IMG/VR virus record: IMGVR_UViG_3300040801_004314
Coordinates: 36,665-100,664 of that record
DNA length: 64,000 nucleotides
Strand: one strand, 5' to 3'
DNA from: a virus
Both the position numbers and the translations under genes were made by a program. Shown here piece after piece: positions 36,948 through 46,211 of the stretch (its first letter is position 1; each line of letters starts with the position of its first letter). Below the pieces are notes generated by a model. That model was not told where the DNA came from. It did not search any database and saw only the letters and a list, made by a program, of their open reading frames with translations.

Positions 36948-38732
36948 TTATTTCCTATATACAAACTTTAGAGATCCTAAATCCCATATTCTATAAAAGC
37001 TCTGCTCATGCATTATTTGTATTTCTGTTTTATTTATATCATGTCCCTTTGACACTAGCAAATCTTTTCTAAAATTAAATCTGTTCTTTCTTTTATAGTC
37101 TATTATATAGAAATAGTTGGGTATTGTTTTATCAACTAGTTCAAATCCAAGGTTTTTATATAAGTTTCCCTCACTCCACCTATAATCAGCATAGCTCAAA
37201 ATGTAATCTGGATTGTATTTGTTTATGAAATATTTAAATAACCTAGAAGCACCACCAACTATACTCAAGCCTTTCTTATTACAAAACCTTAGCAACTCAT
37301 AGTGTCCTTGTTTACTTTTTTGTCCAAGGTTTTTTCTCAAAGAACCGAATGTTATTAATGATACTAGCTCATCTTTATAAAATAATCCTATTTTAACTTT
37401 AGATCCTACAAATCCCTGTAAGTGGTTTTCCTTTAAGAATTTTTTTATTAACTTATTATCAGAAATTTCTTTAATAATGCATTTTCTAGCTCCTATTTTC
37501 CTAGAAAATCCTAAAGCATTCTTTATTCTAGATTTTATTATATCTTTATTACTATCCCATTCATCATCAAATATGATTATATCATGGTTATCTTTTTTTA
37601 TCTTAGTTGTGTTATTAAAAATTTCAGATTCTTTTATAGTTTTCAAAAATCTTATTTTTATTTTTTCATTGTAAATCATATCATCCTTTAAAACTGTTTC
37701 ACTATACAAACTCTTTACGAATAAAAAAAGTTCAACTATATCAGAATCGTTCTTTTCTTTTTCAAATAAATACTTGAAATCATTTGTATGAATAGTAACT
37801 TCCTTACCATCATCATTTAAACACACACAAGTCTTTTTATTTCTTTTCAATAAAACATATCTATCTTTCTTATAAAAGAAGAGATCTCCTTTATTTATGA
37901 GAAACTTATTTGATTTAATGTTATCTGTTTTATTCTTATATTTAAAATAATACCTAGTGGGTGATTTTATATCACCTCTACAACATTTAGATATTAAGGA
38001 TTCATTTATACCAGTGTTTTCCGATGCCTCTTTTACAGACTTAAAAGATTTTAAGTATTCCATGTTTAAATTATACATATCTACCTCCTTGTTGAATTTT
38101 TGACAAGATTGCTTTATCAAATCATTGGATATGTTATTTTTTCTATGTTCTTTTAACCTAGTCTTGGCTTCTTCGGTATGTTTCTTCCCATACATAGGGT
38201 GACTTACGCCACTCATTAATTCTGAGTGGCGTTCTTTCACTTCTTCACTATGTTTTTTCCCATAGAATCCATTACCTTGACCTTTCTGCTTTTGTGACAT
38301 TTTTTTAAGTGTTTCTTTTTTATGATTCCATTTTAAATTCTTAGATAGATATGTTTTTGATATTTTATCTTTAACTTCCTGCGTATGTGGGCTACTTAAC
38401 CTACCATCTCCACCACCTGTTAAATTAACTAATGAACCATTTAACTGATCTCTCCTACCTATTAAATTTATGTATTTTTTCTCTAATAAGATAGCTTTTT
38501 CGTTACTTATACCTTCTTTTATTTTAATAGATATGATTTCTACCCCAAGGCTATTTAATTTATCTATTTTATTCTTTTTAAAAGAAGTCTTATCGTATAA
38601 TGTATCTTTTATTCTATTACCAGTTCCTTTACCTATATAAAAAGGTTCATAATCGAAAGACAAATCGTCATATTTATAAGTTCCTGGTTTAGACGAATCT
38701 AATAATGCATAAACATAGTAGTTACTATTCAA
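36948..38732 (-). CDS. GIY-YIG endonuclease with NUMOD3/NUMOD1 repeats + Mom-like GNAT C-terminal domain
   Basis: YYVYALLD...PFYIGKGTGNR...E...N.TGGG; FYGKKHSEE/MYGKKHTEE; FKSVKEAS...ISKCC; NHLQG...ELLRFC...GGASRLF...SYAD. Confidence 0.8.
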   Translation of the reverse strand: MNSNYYVYALLDSSKPGTYKYDDLSFDYEPFYIGKGTGNRIKDTLYDKTSFKKNKIDKLNSLGVEIISIKIKEGISNEKAILLEKKYINLIGRRDQLNGSLVNLTGGGDGRLSSPHTQEVKDKISKTYLSKNLKWNHKKETLKKMSQKQKGQGNGFYGKKHSEEVKERHSELMSGVSHPMYGKKHTEEAKTRLKEHRKNNISNDLIKQSCQKFNKEVDMYNLNMEYLKSFKSVKEASENTGINESLISKCCRGDIKSPTRYYFKYKNKTDNIKSNKFLINKGDLFFYKKDRYVLLKRNKKTCVCLNDDGKEVTIHTNDFKYLFEKEKNDSDIVELFLFVKSLYSETVLKDDMIYNEKIKIRFLKTIKESEIFNNTTKIKKDNHDIIIFDDEWDSNKDIIKSRIKNALGFSRKIGARKCIIKEISDNKLIKKFLKENHLQGFVGSKVKIGLFYKDELVSLITFGSLRKNLGQKSKQGHYELLRFCNKKGLSIVGGASRLFKYFINKYNPDYILSYADYRWSEGNLYKNLGFELVDKTIPNYFYIIDYKRKNRFNFRKDLLVSKGHDINKTEIQIMHEQSFYRIWDLGSLKFVYRK

Positions 38733-38777
38733 AATTATTGATTAATTTGTAAGTATATATAACGTGACTTCGGATAC

Positions 38778-40304
38778 CTATATTTCGGCTTTAAGCTTGG
38801 AAATTTTATTGGTTATCTTTTTAAGCTCTTCTTTTCTGGACATCATAATTTTTTTATTCTTCTTTCTATCAGCGTACACGTCCTCTAACATTTTTAATGT
38901 AGGTGACAGCCTTTTTTCAAAAACTGTCTTGTTAACGCACACTACGTGGTTATCAGGGTCTATTTTCTTACCATTTGTACACACTGTTTTGTCATTAGGG
39001 CTTTGCAAACCTACAAAATTTTCTGGTGCAATGTAAAATTGCCTTTGTGTGGTTGGATAAAGCGAAGCGAAATCATAGCAGACAACCCACTGATTTAGAC
39101 CTACAACAGGATCTCGAACCCAACCACCTTTAATGGTTGACTCAGCAGGACCTTTATCATCTTTGAATAAAACAGTATTATCCTGTTCTCTAAACCGATT
39201 CCTTAAGACACCTTCTGTTATTGCTAGTGATGCCAAAGAGTTATTCATATGGGATATTACATCTACTATTCTAATTCTAGCTAATGAAGATATCGCAAAT
39301 ATTATAGATATGTAGTTTCTAGATTCGTGTATTTTTTGAACTAGAACACTATCCACTGCGTTATAATACATAAAGGTTTCAAAATCATCTTCATATAATT
39401 TTTGTAATGATCCAGTATATTTAATTTTTTCTACATCTACTAATTTACTTGATACAAAATCTAATGATGAACTTTCTTTCACTTTGATAGATGTATCTGC
39501 TATCTCATATAATTGCATGTAGTCAAAAATCATTCTATGTGCAGGTAGCTCAAAATCTGCACCCCACTGTTTTGTTATCTTTCTAGTAAGTGAAGATACA
39601 TTTGGATTAATATTGTATTCTTTACCATTGACCGTTTTAGATATTTTCCTAGCTCTATTAACCAAATATAACCAGTCATACTTAAGGAAGTTCCACCCTG
39701 TTAACACTGGCATTTTTGGGACCATTTTATTGAAAAAATTATACATCATATCAAATTCATCATCATATTTTACATATCTGAATTTATATTCTGTACCAAA
39801 CTTCTTAAAATATTTATTGGTATTATCTTTAATTCTTTTCTGCATATCCTCAGGCATATCTTTTAAACCTAATAATATTATTTTATCGTCATACACTATT
39901 GATATAGATAGTACTCTGGTTGCTGCTCCCTCCTTTATTACATTTCCTTCGTTGTCCAAAATGTCGGCTGCTTCTGGAAATCCATCTACAATTTCTGTTT
40001 CAATATCAATGAAATATATCTTTGGTATATTAAATGCGAAAATTTCTTCTTTTTCTTCCTCTGGAAGATCATCTAAGAAATTATAGACAGTATATCTATC
40101 TGGATAATTTACCTCAACTTGTTTCACACGTTTATCATCCCAAGATTTATATTTAGGATCTTGATGTGGATCATTATCATCACACGATACGTATTTCATT
40201 GGGTTATCCCAATTGTAATACTTTAGTTTTAGTTCACCGTTTTTATCAACGTAACTAACTACTAATCTTTTTGTCTTTTTTAAGTATTGAGTTTCTACTA
40301 GCAT
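38778..40304 (-). CDS. Family B DNA polymerase, N-terminal part only (3'-5' exonuclease + motif A; gp43A-like)
   Basis: FIDIETE (ExoI), TGWNFLKYDW (ExoII), YNAVDS (ExoIII), IKGGWV, YDFASLYP; ends in the fingers helix with no KxxxNSxYG or YGDTDS. Confidence 0.88.
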   Translation of the reverse strand: MLVETQYLKKTKRLVVSYVDKNGELKLKYYNWDNPMKYVSCDDNDPHQDPKYKSWDDKRVKQVEVNYPDRYTVYNFLDDLPEEEKEEIFAFNIPKIYFIDIETEIVDGFPEAADILDNEGNVIKEGAATRVLSISIVYDDKIILLGLKDMPEDMQKRIKDNTNKYFKKFGTEYKFRYVKYDDEFDMMYNFFNKMVPKMPVLTGWNFLKYDWLYLVNRARKISKTVNGKEYNINPNVSSLTRKITKQWGADFELPAHRMIFDYMQLYEIADTSIKVKESSSLDFVSSKLVDVEKIKYTGSLQKLYEDDFETFMYYNAVDSVLVQKIHESRNYISIIFAISSLARIRIVDVISHMNNSLASLAITEGVLRNRFREQDNTVLFKDDKGPAESTIKGGWVRDPVVGLNQWVVCYDFASLYPTTQRQFYIAPENFVGLQSPNDKTVCTNGKKIDPDNHVVCVNKTVFEKRLSPTLKMLEDVYADRKKNKKIMMSRKEELKKITNKISKLKAEI

Positions 40305-40355
40305 AATATTTTTTTATATACCTTATATGAACAAAAATTAAAATGTTTATATATA

Positions 40356-42161
40356 ATGTGTATGTGTGATAATAGTAAGTTTTATAAATTCTCAGAATCT
40401 GGTATTAAAAAAAGGAATCCTGACCTTTGGAAAGCTATTAATGATCATATAAGTATTGATTATATTAAATTTAAAGAAAAGTTTTATTTATATGATAATA
40501 AAATACATAACATACCTAAGTGTTATTGTGGGAATCCAGTTAAGTTCATAGACATGAAAAAAGGATTTAGAGAATTTTGCTCTAAAAAATGTGTTTATGG
40601 TTCAAAAAAAGTAAAGAAGAAAAGAAAAGAAACATCTATAAGCAGGTATGGTGTCGATAACCCATCCAAATCATCTAAAGTTAAAAATAAAGTAACAGAA
40701 ACTAATAAAGAGAAATTTGGTCATGATTGGGCTACTCAAAACGATAAAGTATTGAAGTCTATAAAAGAGACTAATTTAAAAAAATACGGTGTTGATAACC
40801 CATCCAAGTTAAAAGAAATTAGAGAAAAAGCCAAAAGTACTATGGTAGATAAGTATGGTGTAGAATATGCTATGCATTCACCTATTATAAAAGAAAATCT
40901 AAAAGAGTATTTTATAGAAAAGTTTGGTGTTGATAATCCTCTAAAGGTAAAGAAAACAAGAGACAAGATTAAAGAAACTATGCTGAATAGGTATGGTGTA
41001 GAATACGCACTTCAAAGTAAAGAGGTTGTTGAAAAACTAAAAGAGACAAATAAGAGTAAATATAACTCTGATTTTTATATCACATCAAAAGATTGTAGAG
41101 ATAAAACAAGAAAACATACAAATCAAAAAAATAAAAAAATAGTAGACGATAAGAGATATACATTAAATGATTCGTCTACAAGAGAGTATGATATAAAGTG
41201 TTCAAAATGTAACGATTCATTCACTATACAAAGGCAGTTATACCGAAACAGGTTAAAAAATGATGAAGAAATTTGTTTAATATGTAATCCCATATCTAAA
41301 AATACTTCAATAGCTGAAAAGGAAATATTAGACTATATAAAAAGTATTTACAAAGGCATTGTTTTAGAAAATAATAGGATTAATAATAAAGAAATTGATA
41401 TTTATCTACCAGAATTAAAATTAGGTTTCGAATATAATGGTTTATATTGGCATTCCGAGTTAAATAAGGATAAAAACTATCACTTAGATAAAACTGAGTT
41501 TTTTAATAATATTGGAATAAACCTTATACAAATATGGGAAGATGAGTGGACTAGCAAGAAAGATATAGTAAAGTCCATGATAAATAATAAATTATCTAGA
41601 TCTAATAGAATATTTGCCAGGAAATGTACTGTTAAGGAGATAACAGACAATAAATTAGCTAAACAGTTTATAGAAGATAACCACATACAAGGCTTTGTTG
41701 GATCTAAAATAAAGTTAGGGTTGTTTTATAATGAAGAACTAATTAGCATAATGACATTTGGGAAAGTTAGAAAATCATTAGGGCAGTCTAACAAGGGTAA
41801 TAATTATGAGTTGCTTAGATTTTGTAATAAGTTAGGATTTACAGTCGTTGGGGGTGCATCTAAATTGTTTTCATATTTCAAAAAGAACTTTGTATTTGAT
41901 AAATTAATTTCTTATTCATTAAATAGCCATTCTAAAGGTGGTGTTTATTCTAAAATGGGATTTATTATAGATGGAAATTCTAGACCTGATTATTTTTGGT
42001 GTAAAAATGGTATAAGGTATCATAGATTTAATTTCAGAAAAGACAAATTAGTTAGTCAAGGTGAAGATATAAACAAAACTGAAAAAGATATAATGTATGA
42101 AAAGGGTTACTTTAGATTATTCGGATGTGGATCTAAAAAGTGGATTTATGAATCAGAATAG
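40356..42161 (+). CDS. Hef-like endonuclease: YGVDNP repeats + Vsr-like nuclease + Mom-like GNAT; paralog of 3475-5103
   Basis: Multiple (Y/F)GVDNP repeats; EIDIYLPELKLGFEYNGLYWH; IWEDEW; NHIQG...ELLRFC...GGASKLF. Confidence 0.78.
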   Translation: MCMCDNSKFYKFSESGIKKRNPDLWKAINDHISIDYIKFKEKFYLYDNKIHNIPKCYCGNPVKFIDMKKGFREFCSKKCVYGSKKVKKKRKETSISRYGVDNPSKSSKVKNKVTETNKEKFGHDWATQNDKVLKSIKETNLKKYGVDNPSKLKEIREKAKSTMVDKYGVEYAMHSPIIKENLKEYFIEKFGVDNPLKVKKTRDKIKETMLNRYGVEYALQSKEVVEKLKETNKSKYNSDFYITSKDCRDKTRKHTNQKNKKIVDDKRYTLNDSSTREYDIKCSKCNDSFTIQRQLYRNRLKNDEEICLICNPISKNTSIAEKEILDYIKSIYKGIVLENNRINNKEIDIYLPELKLGFEYNGLYWHSELNKDKNYHLDKTEFFNNIGINLIQIWEDEWTSKKDIVKSMINNKLSRSNRIFARKCTVKEITDNKLAKQFIEDNHIQGFVGSKIKLGLFYNEELISIMTFGKVRKSLGQSNKGNNYELLRFCNKLGFTVVGGASKLFSYFKKNFVFDKLISYSLNSHSKGGVYSKMGFIIDGNSRPDYFWCKNGIRYHRFNFRKDKLVSQGEDINKTEKDIMYEKGYFRLFGCGSKKWIYESE

Positions 42162-42285
42162 CAATTTTTATGTATTTTAGTTTTAGATGAATGAAATAAA
42201 AAAATAAAATATGTTAATCTTTTCTTAATATTTTATGATAGACCATTTTTGTGCTATATTTGTATCAACTAAAAAACATAAAACT

Positions 42286-42705
42286 ATGAAAACTAACAGA
42301 TTATACGAGTTTAATATTGATGACAGACAAGATTGTTCTCATGAAACTAAAGCTCTATCAGAACAATTAGATCAAGAAATTGACAATTTTTTTGAATCGT
42401 TAGAAAACATTAAAGCTGAGGTGTCAGATATTGATACACTTATAATTTATTTGACAGAAAATAAATACAAAGAGATGTGCTATATATTAGACAAATACAA
42501 CGCAAGCTATTATAGTGAAGATATATCAGATGTTATCCTCTCCGATGAAATCTTAGATTACTACTATAATATTGATATAGTCAATGAATACAGATCTGAT
42601 AATCTTAGCATAGATGATGTTCTTGATAAAGTTAGTTCCATTGGTTTAGATGGTCTAAATGAGGTTGACATTAAAATATTAGAAACAAAAAAATCCACTC
42701 TATAA
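42286..42705 (+). CDS. Hypothetical protein with host-type promoter
   Basis: TATATTTG at 42255-42262; ATG at 42286; C-terminal IDDVLDKVS..G...L...D..IL. Confidence 0.7.
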   Translation: MKTNRLYEFNIDDRQDCSHETKALSEQLDQEIDNFFESLENIKAEVSDIDTLIIYLTENKYKEMCYILDKYNASYYSEDISDVILSDEILDYYYNIDIVNEYRSDNLSIDDVLDKVSSIGLDGLNEVDIKILETKKSTL

Positions 42706-42744
42706 TTAAATAAAGTGAATTTTAAATTTAATATAATAAGTTTA

Positions 42745-43107
42745 TTATCTATTTTGGTTAGTTGAGTGTTTAGCACCTGATGCTAATTCACCAAAACCAG
42801 TTTTTCCACCTACGTATACAACAAAAGTCCTACCGTCTTTTCTGGAAGTTCTTTCTTCTAACTTACCAAGAAATTTATTTTCTTTAGCTTGCTTTAAAAG
42901 ACTAGCTTTGTCAAAGACAAAATCCTCACCAGCTTTTTCAGCTTTCTTTTCCATTTCTTCTAATTCTTTCATGAAAGCATCTTCTGCTTTCTTTTTTTCT
43001 TCCTTAGAAGCATATCCTGTTGCAAACTTAGAAACTTTTCCTTTGATATCTTTTAGACCCTCATTGGTTTTTGTTTCGTAACTTTCAAATGTTTTTAAAT
43101 GTTTCAT
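42745..43107 (-). CDS. Small protein with MKHLKTFESY N-terminus (probable internal head protein)
   Basis: TAATATATA at 43142-43134. Confidence 0.72.
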   Translation of the reverse strand: MKHLKTFESYETKTNEGLKDIKGKVSKFATGYASKEEKKKAEDAFMKELEEMEKKAEKAGEDFVFDKASLLKQAKENKFLGKLEERTSRKDGRTFVVYVGGKTGFGELASGAKHSTNQNR

Positions 43108-43190
43108 ATAACAATGTTTTTTATTTTATAACTTATATATTAATTAACAAAACCGAATTATTGCTATTTTTTTATTATTTTTTAATAAAA

Positions 43191-43679
43191 TTAAAAATCA
43201 GTATCATAGTAGTCAATTTCTATACCACTTTCTTTATTATAAAAAATAAGCTGATCTCTTTTAATCAAATGATGCTCGTAATGGTGACCTATTCTAAAGA
43301 GTGTCTTTAAGAATGGAATTCCATCTCCTTTATTGACTTTCTCACTATCTACCATCAAGCAAAGTATTTTTTTATCATCTTCTTTGCTTTCAGATATACC
43401 AGTCTCATCTTTCTCTAAACCCTTTTTACCATATGCGGTAAATATAGTATCTAATTCCTCACCAGATGGTGTCCACTTCATCGTAATTATATCACCCGTA
43501 TTTATATTCAAATTCTCTTCTTTTATATAAATTCTTATCCAGAAATAAACCCTCTGCTCGGATAATACCTCACTTTTTACTTTTTTATCTACATCATCTG
43601 ATAACTCATCGGTCTCTATATTCTTTATAGATTCTATAAGGGTGTCTTGATAGTTCTTTAATTCTAATTCTTTACTCAT
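43191..43679 (-). CDS. Hypothetical protein
   Basis: 162-aa ORF downstream of thyA. Confidence 0.7.
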   Translation of the reverse strand: MSKELELKNYQDTLIESIKNIETDELSDDVDKKVKSEVLSEQRVYFWIRIYIKEENLNINTGDIITMKWTPSGEELDTIFTAYGKKGLEKDETGISESKEDDKKILCLMVDSEKVNKGDGIPFLKTLFRIGHHYEHHLIKRDQLIFYNKESGIEIDYYDTDF

Positions 43680-43693
43680 AATTTTGTTTTATT

Positions 43694-44539
43694 TTATATA
43701 GCTATTTCTAATGGGCTTTTTAATTTCTCTATACCCTTTATATTTTTAACAGTAAAATCACTGAGTGTGTAATCATAAAAATCTTTATTCTCATTCAAGA
43801 CTATACATGGATTAATATCTAAGGGATCTCTTTCTAGAATCTCTTGCATAGCATCCAAATGTCTATCATACACATGTAAGTTTTGAACTAAATGACAGAA
43901 TTTGCCTACTTTAGTTTTCATACCGTATTTATTTAGATGTCCCACCACCATCATTTGAAGTGCAACATATTGTATTTTGTTTATGAATCCAGCCATAATG
44001 TAATCATTTGATCTCTGATTAAGTGTCATATCTATATAATATACATCATCAACTTTTCTAACTGACCAAGATGTAGAATATGCACATGGGTATAAACCAT
44101 TTGTTTCTTCCAAATCTTGATATTGAAACATATCTATTATATGCCTTCTAGAGAATGGATTATTTTTAAGACCATCTAATAGTTTATTCATTAAATCATA
44201 TCTCTTTATAGTAAACCCATATCTATTGCCTATACTCCCGTTTCCAACATCCCATTCATCCCACCATTTTATACCTAAGTCCCTTGCAACTTCCAATGAG
44301 TTAGATTGTTTCTGATAAATCCAGAATATTTCTTTTATACCAGTTTTGGTAGCAGTGTTTCTAAGTGTTGTTATAGGGAACTCACCTTTAGAGAGGTCAT
44401 ATTCCTCAAAAACCCCTGTTATGAATTTAGTATGGGATGGTGTCCCATCTTTGTATTTAGGTCTAGGATTCTCATCCCATGTTCCTTCATTGATAATTTT
44501 GTTTAAATTATCAATATAATATTTATCTGCTTTATTCAT
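43694..44539 (-). CDS. thyA: Thymidylate synthase
   Basis: FPITTLR, WWDEW, SRRHII, LYPCA, QRSND, N..QY, HVYDRH. Confidence 0.95.
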   Translation of the reverse strand: MNKADKYYIDNLNKIINEGTWDENPRPKYKDGTPSHTKFITGVFEEYDLSKGEFPITTLRNTATKTGIKEIFWIYQKQSNSLEVARDLGIKWWDEWDVGNGSIGNRYGFTIKRYDLMNKLLDGLKNNPFSRRHIIDMFQYQDLEETNGLYPCAYSTSWSVRKVDDVYYIDMTLNQRSNDYIMAGFINKIQYVALQMMVVGHLNKYGMKTKVGKFCHLVQNLHVYDRHLDAMQEILERDPLDINPCIVLNENKDFYDYTLSDFTVKNIKGIEKLKSPLEIAI

Positions 44540-44627
44540 TTAAATTATTTTTATGTTATATTATTTTAACAAAAAAAGTTTAAATTTTAACAAAAAAGAT
44601 GCAGCATAATGATATATAATAAATTAA

Positions 44628-45101
44628 TTATTTAATTATAATTTCTTTATCTATTAATCTCTTTATATAATTAGAATGTTCTAGGTTTAAATGTGTTGCC
44701 CTACCCATTGTTATATGGAATCCATAATATGGTCTACCTAGACCCATAGAATTTCTTATGACTTCACCATCATCACAATATGATTTTACCCACCAGTGAC
44801 CTTTATCATTGCATCGGATATCCTCTGGGTTATATCTTACTGTAAATTCTTTACCATCGAATATTTCTTTAGCTTGGTTGTATATATCATCATTTATCTT
44901 ATCATTGATAAGTGTCATATGTGAACCCCTTAACGGTTTGTTCAAATACAGATTAAATCTTTTATTTAAAAACCAAGTATAGTATTCTGGTAAGTCATCA
45001 TTGAATTTTATTATAGCAACTTTTTTCCATGAAGATTGTCTGTGATGCTTTTTAGTCACATTTATCGGATCAAAGTGTAATTTTCCTTTTATTTCAAACA
45101 T
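44628..45101 (-). CDS. 2H phosphoesterase superfamily protein
   Basis: Two HxT motifs (GSHMTL, GFHITM) about 60 aa apart; host-type promoter TATATTTG at 45113-45106. Confidence 0.7.
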   Translation of the reverse strand: MFEIKGKLHFDPINVTKKHHRQSSWKKVAIIKFNDDLPEYYTWFLNKRFNLYLNKPLRGSHMTLINDKINDDIYNQAKEIFDGKEFTVRYNPEDIRCNDKGHWWVKSYCDDGEVIRNSMGLGRPYYGFHITMGRATHLNLEHSNYIKRLIDKEIIIK

Positions 45102-45152
45102 GGCACAAATATACATTTTATTTTTAATATATAAAATAAATTATAACATATT

Positions 45153-45542
45153 ATGAATGAACTTATTATAATATTTTTAGCCAATGTGTTTTGGGGTTTG
45201 CACTGTTTTTCTTGTGGTATGGTAGAAGGTGTTAATGATTCTAAGATAATAATATGCGACAGAGATTTAGATTTTGATGGTGACAAATTACTTAAAATAC
45301 AAAGCATATTATACTTAGCATTAATAACATTTTTATGTGTTATATTTATAGACTATTATACTATACCAACAGTTTTATCAATTATTTTAATGTATAGGTA
45401 TTTGAAAACTTTATTCTATAACTGCACTATAAGATATATAGATAGTAGATTAGGAAAATTACCTATTAAGGATTATTTAAATTCTTTTTTAATAGGCATA
45501 ATTATACTAATTCTAACAATAATTTATATAATTGCATCATGA
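45153..45542 (+). CDS. Small multi-pass membrane protein
   Basis: 3-4 hydrophobic segments. Confidence 0.7.
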   Translation: MNELIIIFLANVFWGLHCFSCGMVEGVNDSKIIICDRDLDFDGDKLLKIQSILYLALITFLCVIFIDYYTIPTVLSIILMYRYLKTLFYNCTIRYIDSRLGKLPIKDYLNSFLIGIIILILTIIYIIAS

Positions 45543-45664
45543 AAGAAAATAAAGCGCACAATAAAGAAAAGGTTCTTAAAAAAATATGTAAAGAAAGGAA
45601 CTGGAATCCAGATAATTTAACTCCTAAGCAAAAGCTTTTTATTGCTTTACATAAAGCCTATTAA
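45539..45664 (+). CDS. 41-aa hypothetical protein (not in ORF track)
   Basis: ATGA-coupled to the upstream gene; MKENKAHNKEKVLKKICKERNWNPDNLTPKQKLFIALHKAY. Confidence 0.55.
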   Translation: MKENKAHNKEKVLKKICKERNWNPDNLTPKQKLFIALHKAY

Positions 45665-46186
45665 TCATTTATCAAAGATATCTTTTATTTTAGCGTTTCT
45701 GACGTAGGATTTCACATATTGATCAAAAGAATATTTATCTTTAGTTTTCATATCTGTTATATAATAAATATTTCTATAGGAATCCCATCCTCTATTATTA
45801 CCCTCTATCCTTTCTTCTGAAATTTTGTAAATATTCACATTTTTATCAGTATTCACATAATGGTAATTATTAGATATTATGATAAACTTCAATCCTATAT
45901 TGCTTAGATATTTCTTGACTTTAGACACATCTTCAACAGAATCTTTAAACATATCAACTATAATTACATCTGCACGGAAAGTATTTGCGCTGTCTTCTAA
46001 CAATTCGAATAGCTCCTCTATGTCTCTATATTTGAATTGTGATGCATCAGAATGGTAATTTATATAACTATGGAATAAAACTACATTAGTCCCTATTAAG
46101 TCTAAAAAGTTTATAATCTTACTAACCCCAATATTTACTTCATTTTCCCCACCGCTTATAAAATTCTTCTTATTTATGTTAATCAT
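45665..46186 (-). CDS. Hypothetical protein
   Basis: 173-aa ORF. Confidence 0.65.
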   Translation of the reverse strand: MININKKNFISGGENEVNIGVSKIINFLDLIGTNVVLFHSYINYHSDASQFKYRDIEELFELLEDSANTFRADVIIVDMFKDSVEDVSKVKKYLSNIGLKFIIISNNYHYVNTDKNVNIYKISEERIEGNNRGWDSYRNIYYITDMKTKDKYSFDQYVKSYVRNAKIKDIFDK

Positions 46187-46211
46187 AGCTTCTATTTTTA
46201 ATATATATTAA

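Noticed and set aside
36948-38777. Group I intron interrupting the DNA polymerase
   Set aside because: Only ~45 nt separate the pol stop from the endonuclease ORF, no intron core is visible, and no downstream polymerase exon exists in the window.
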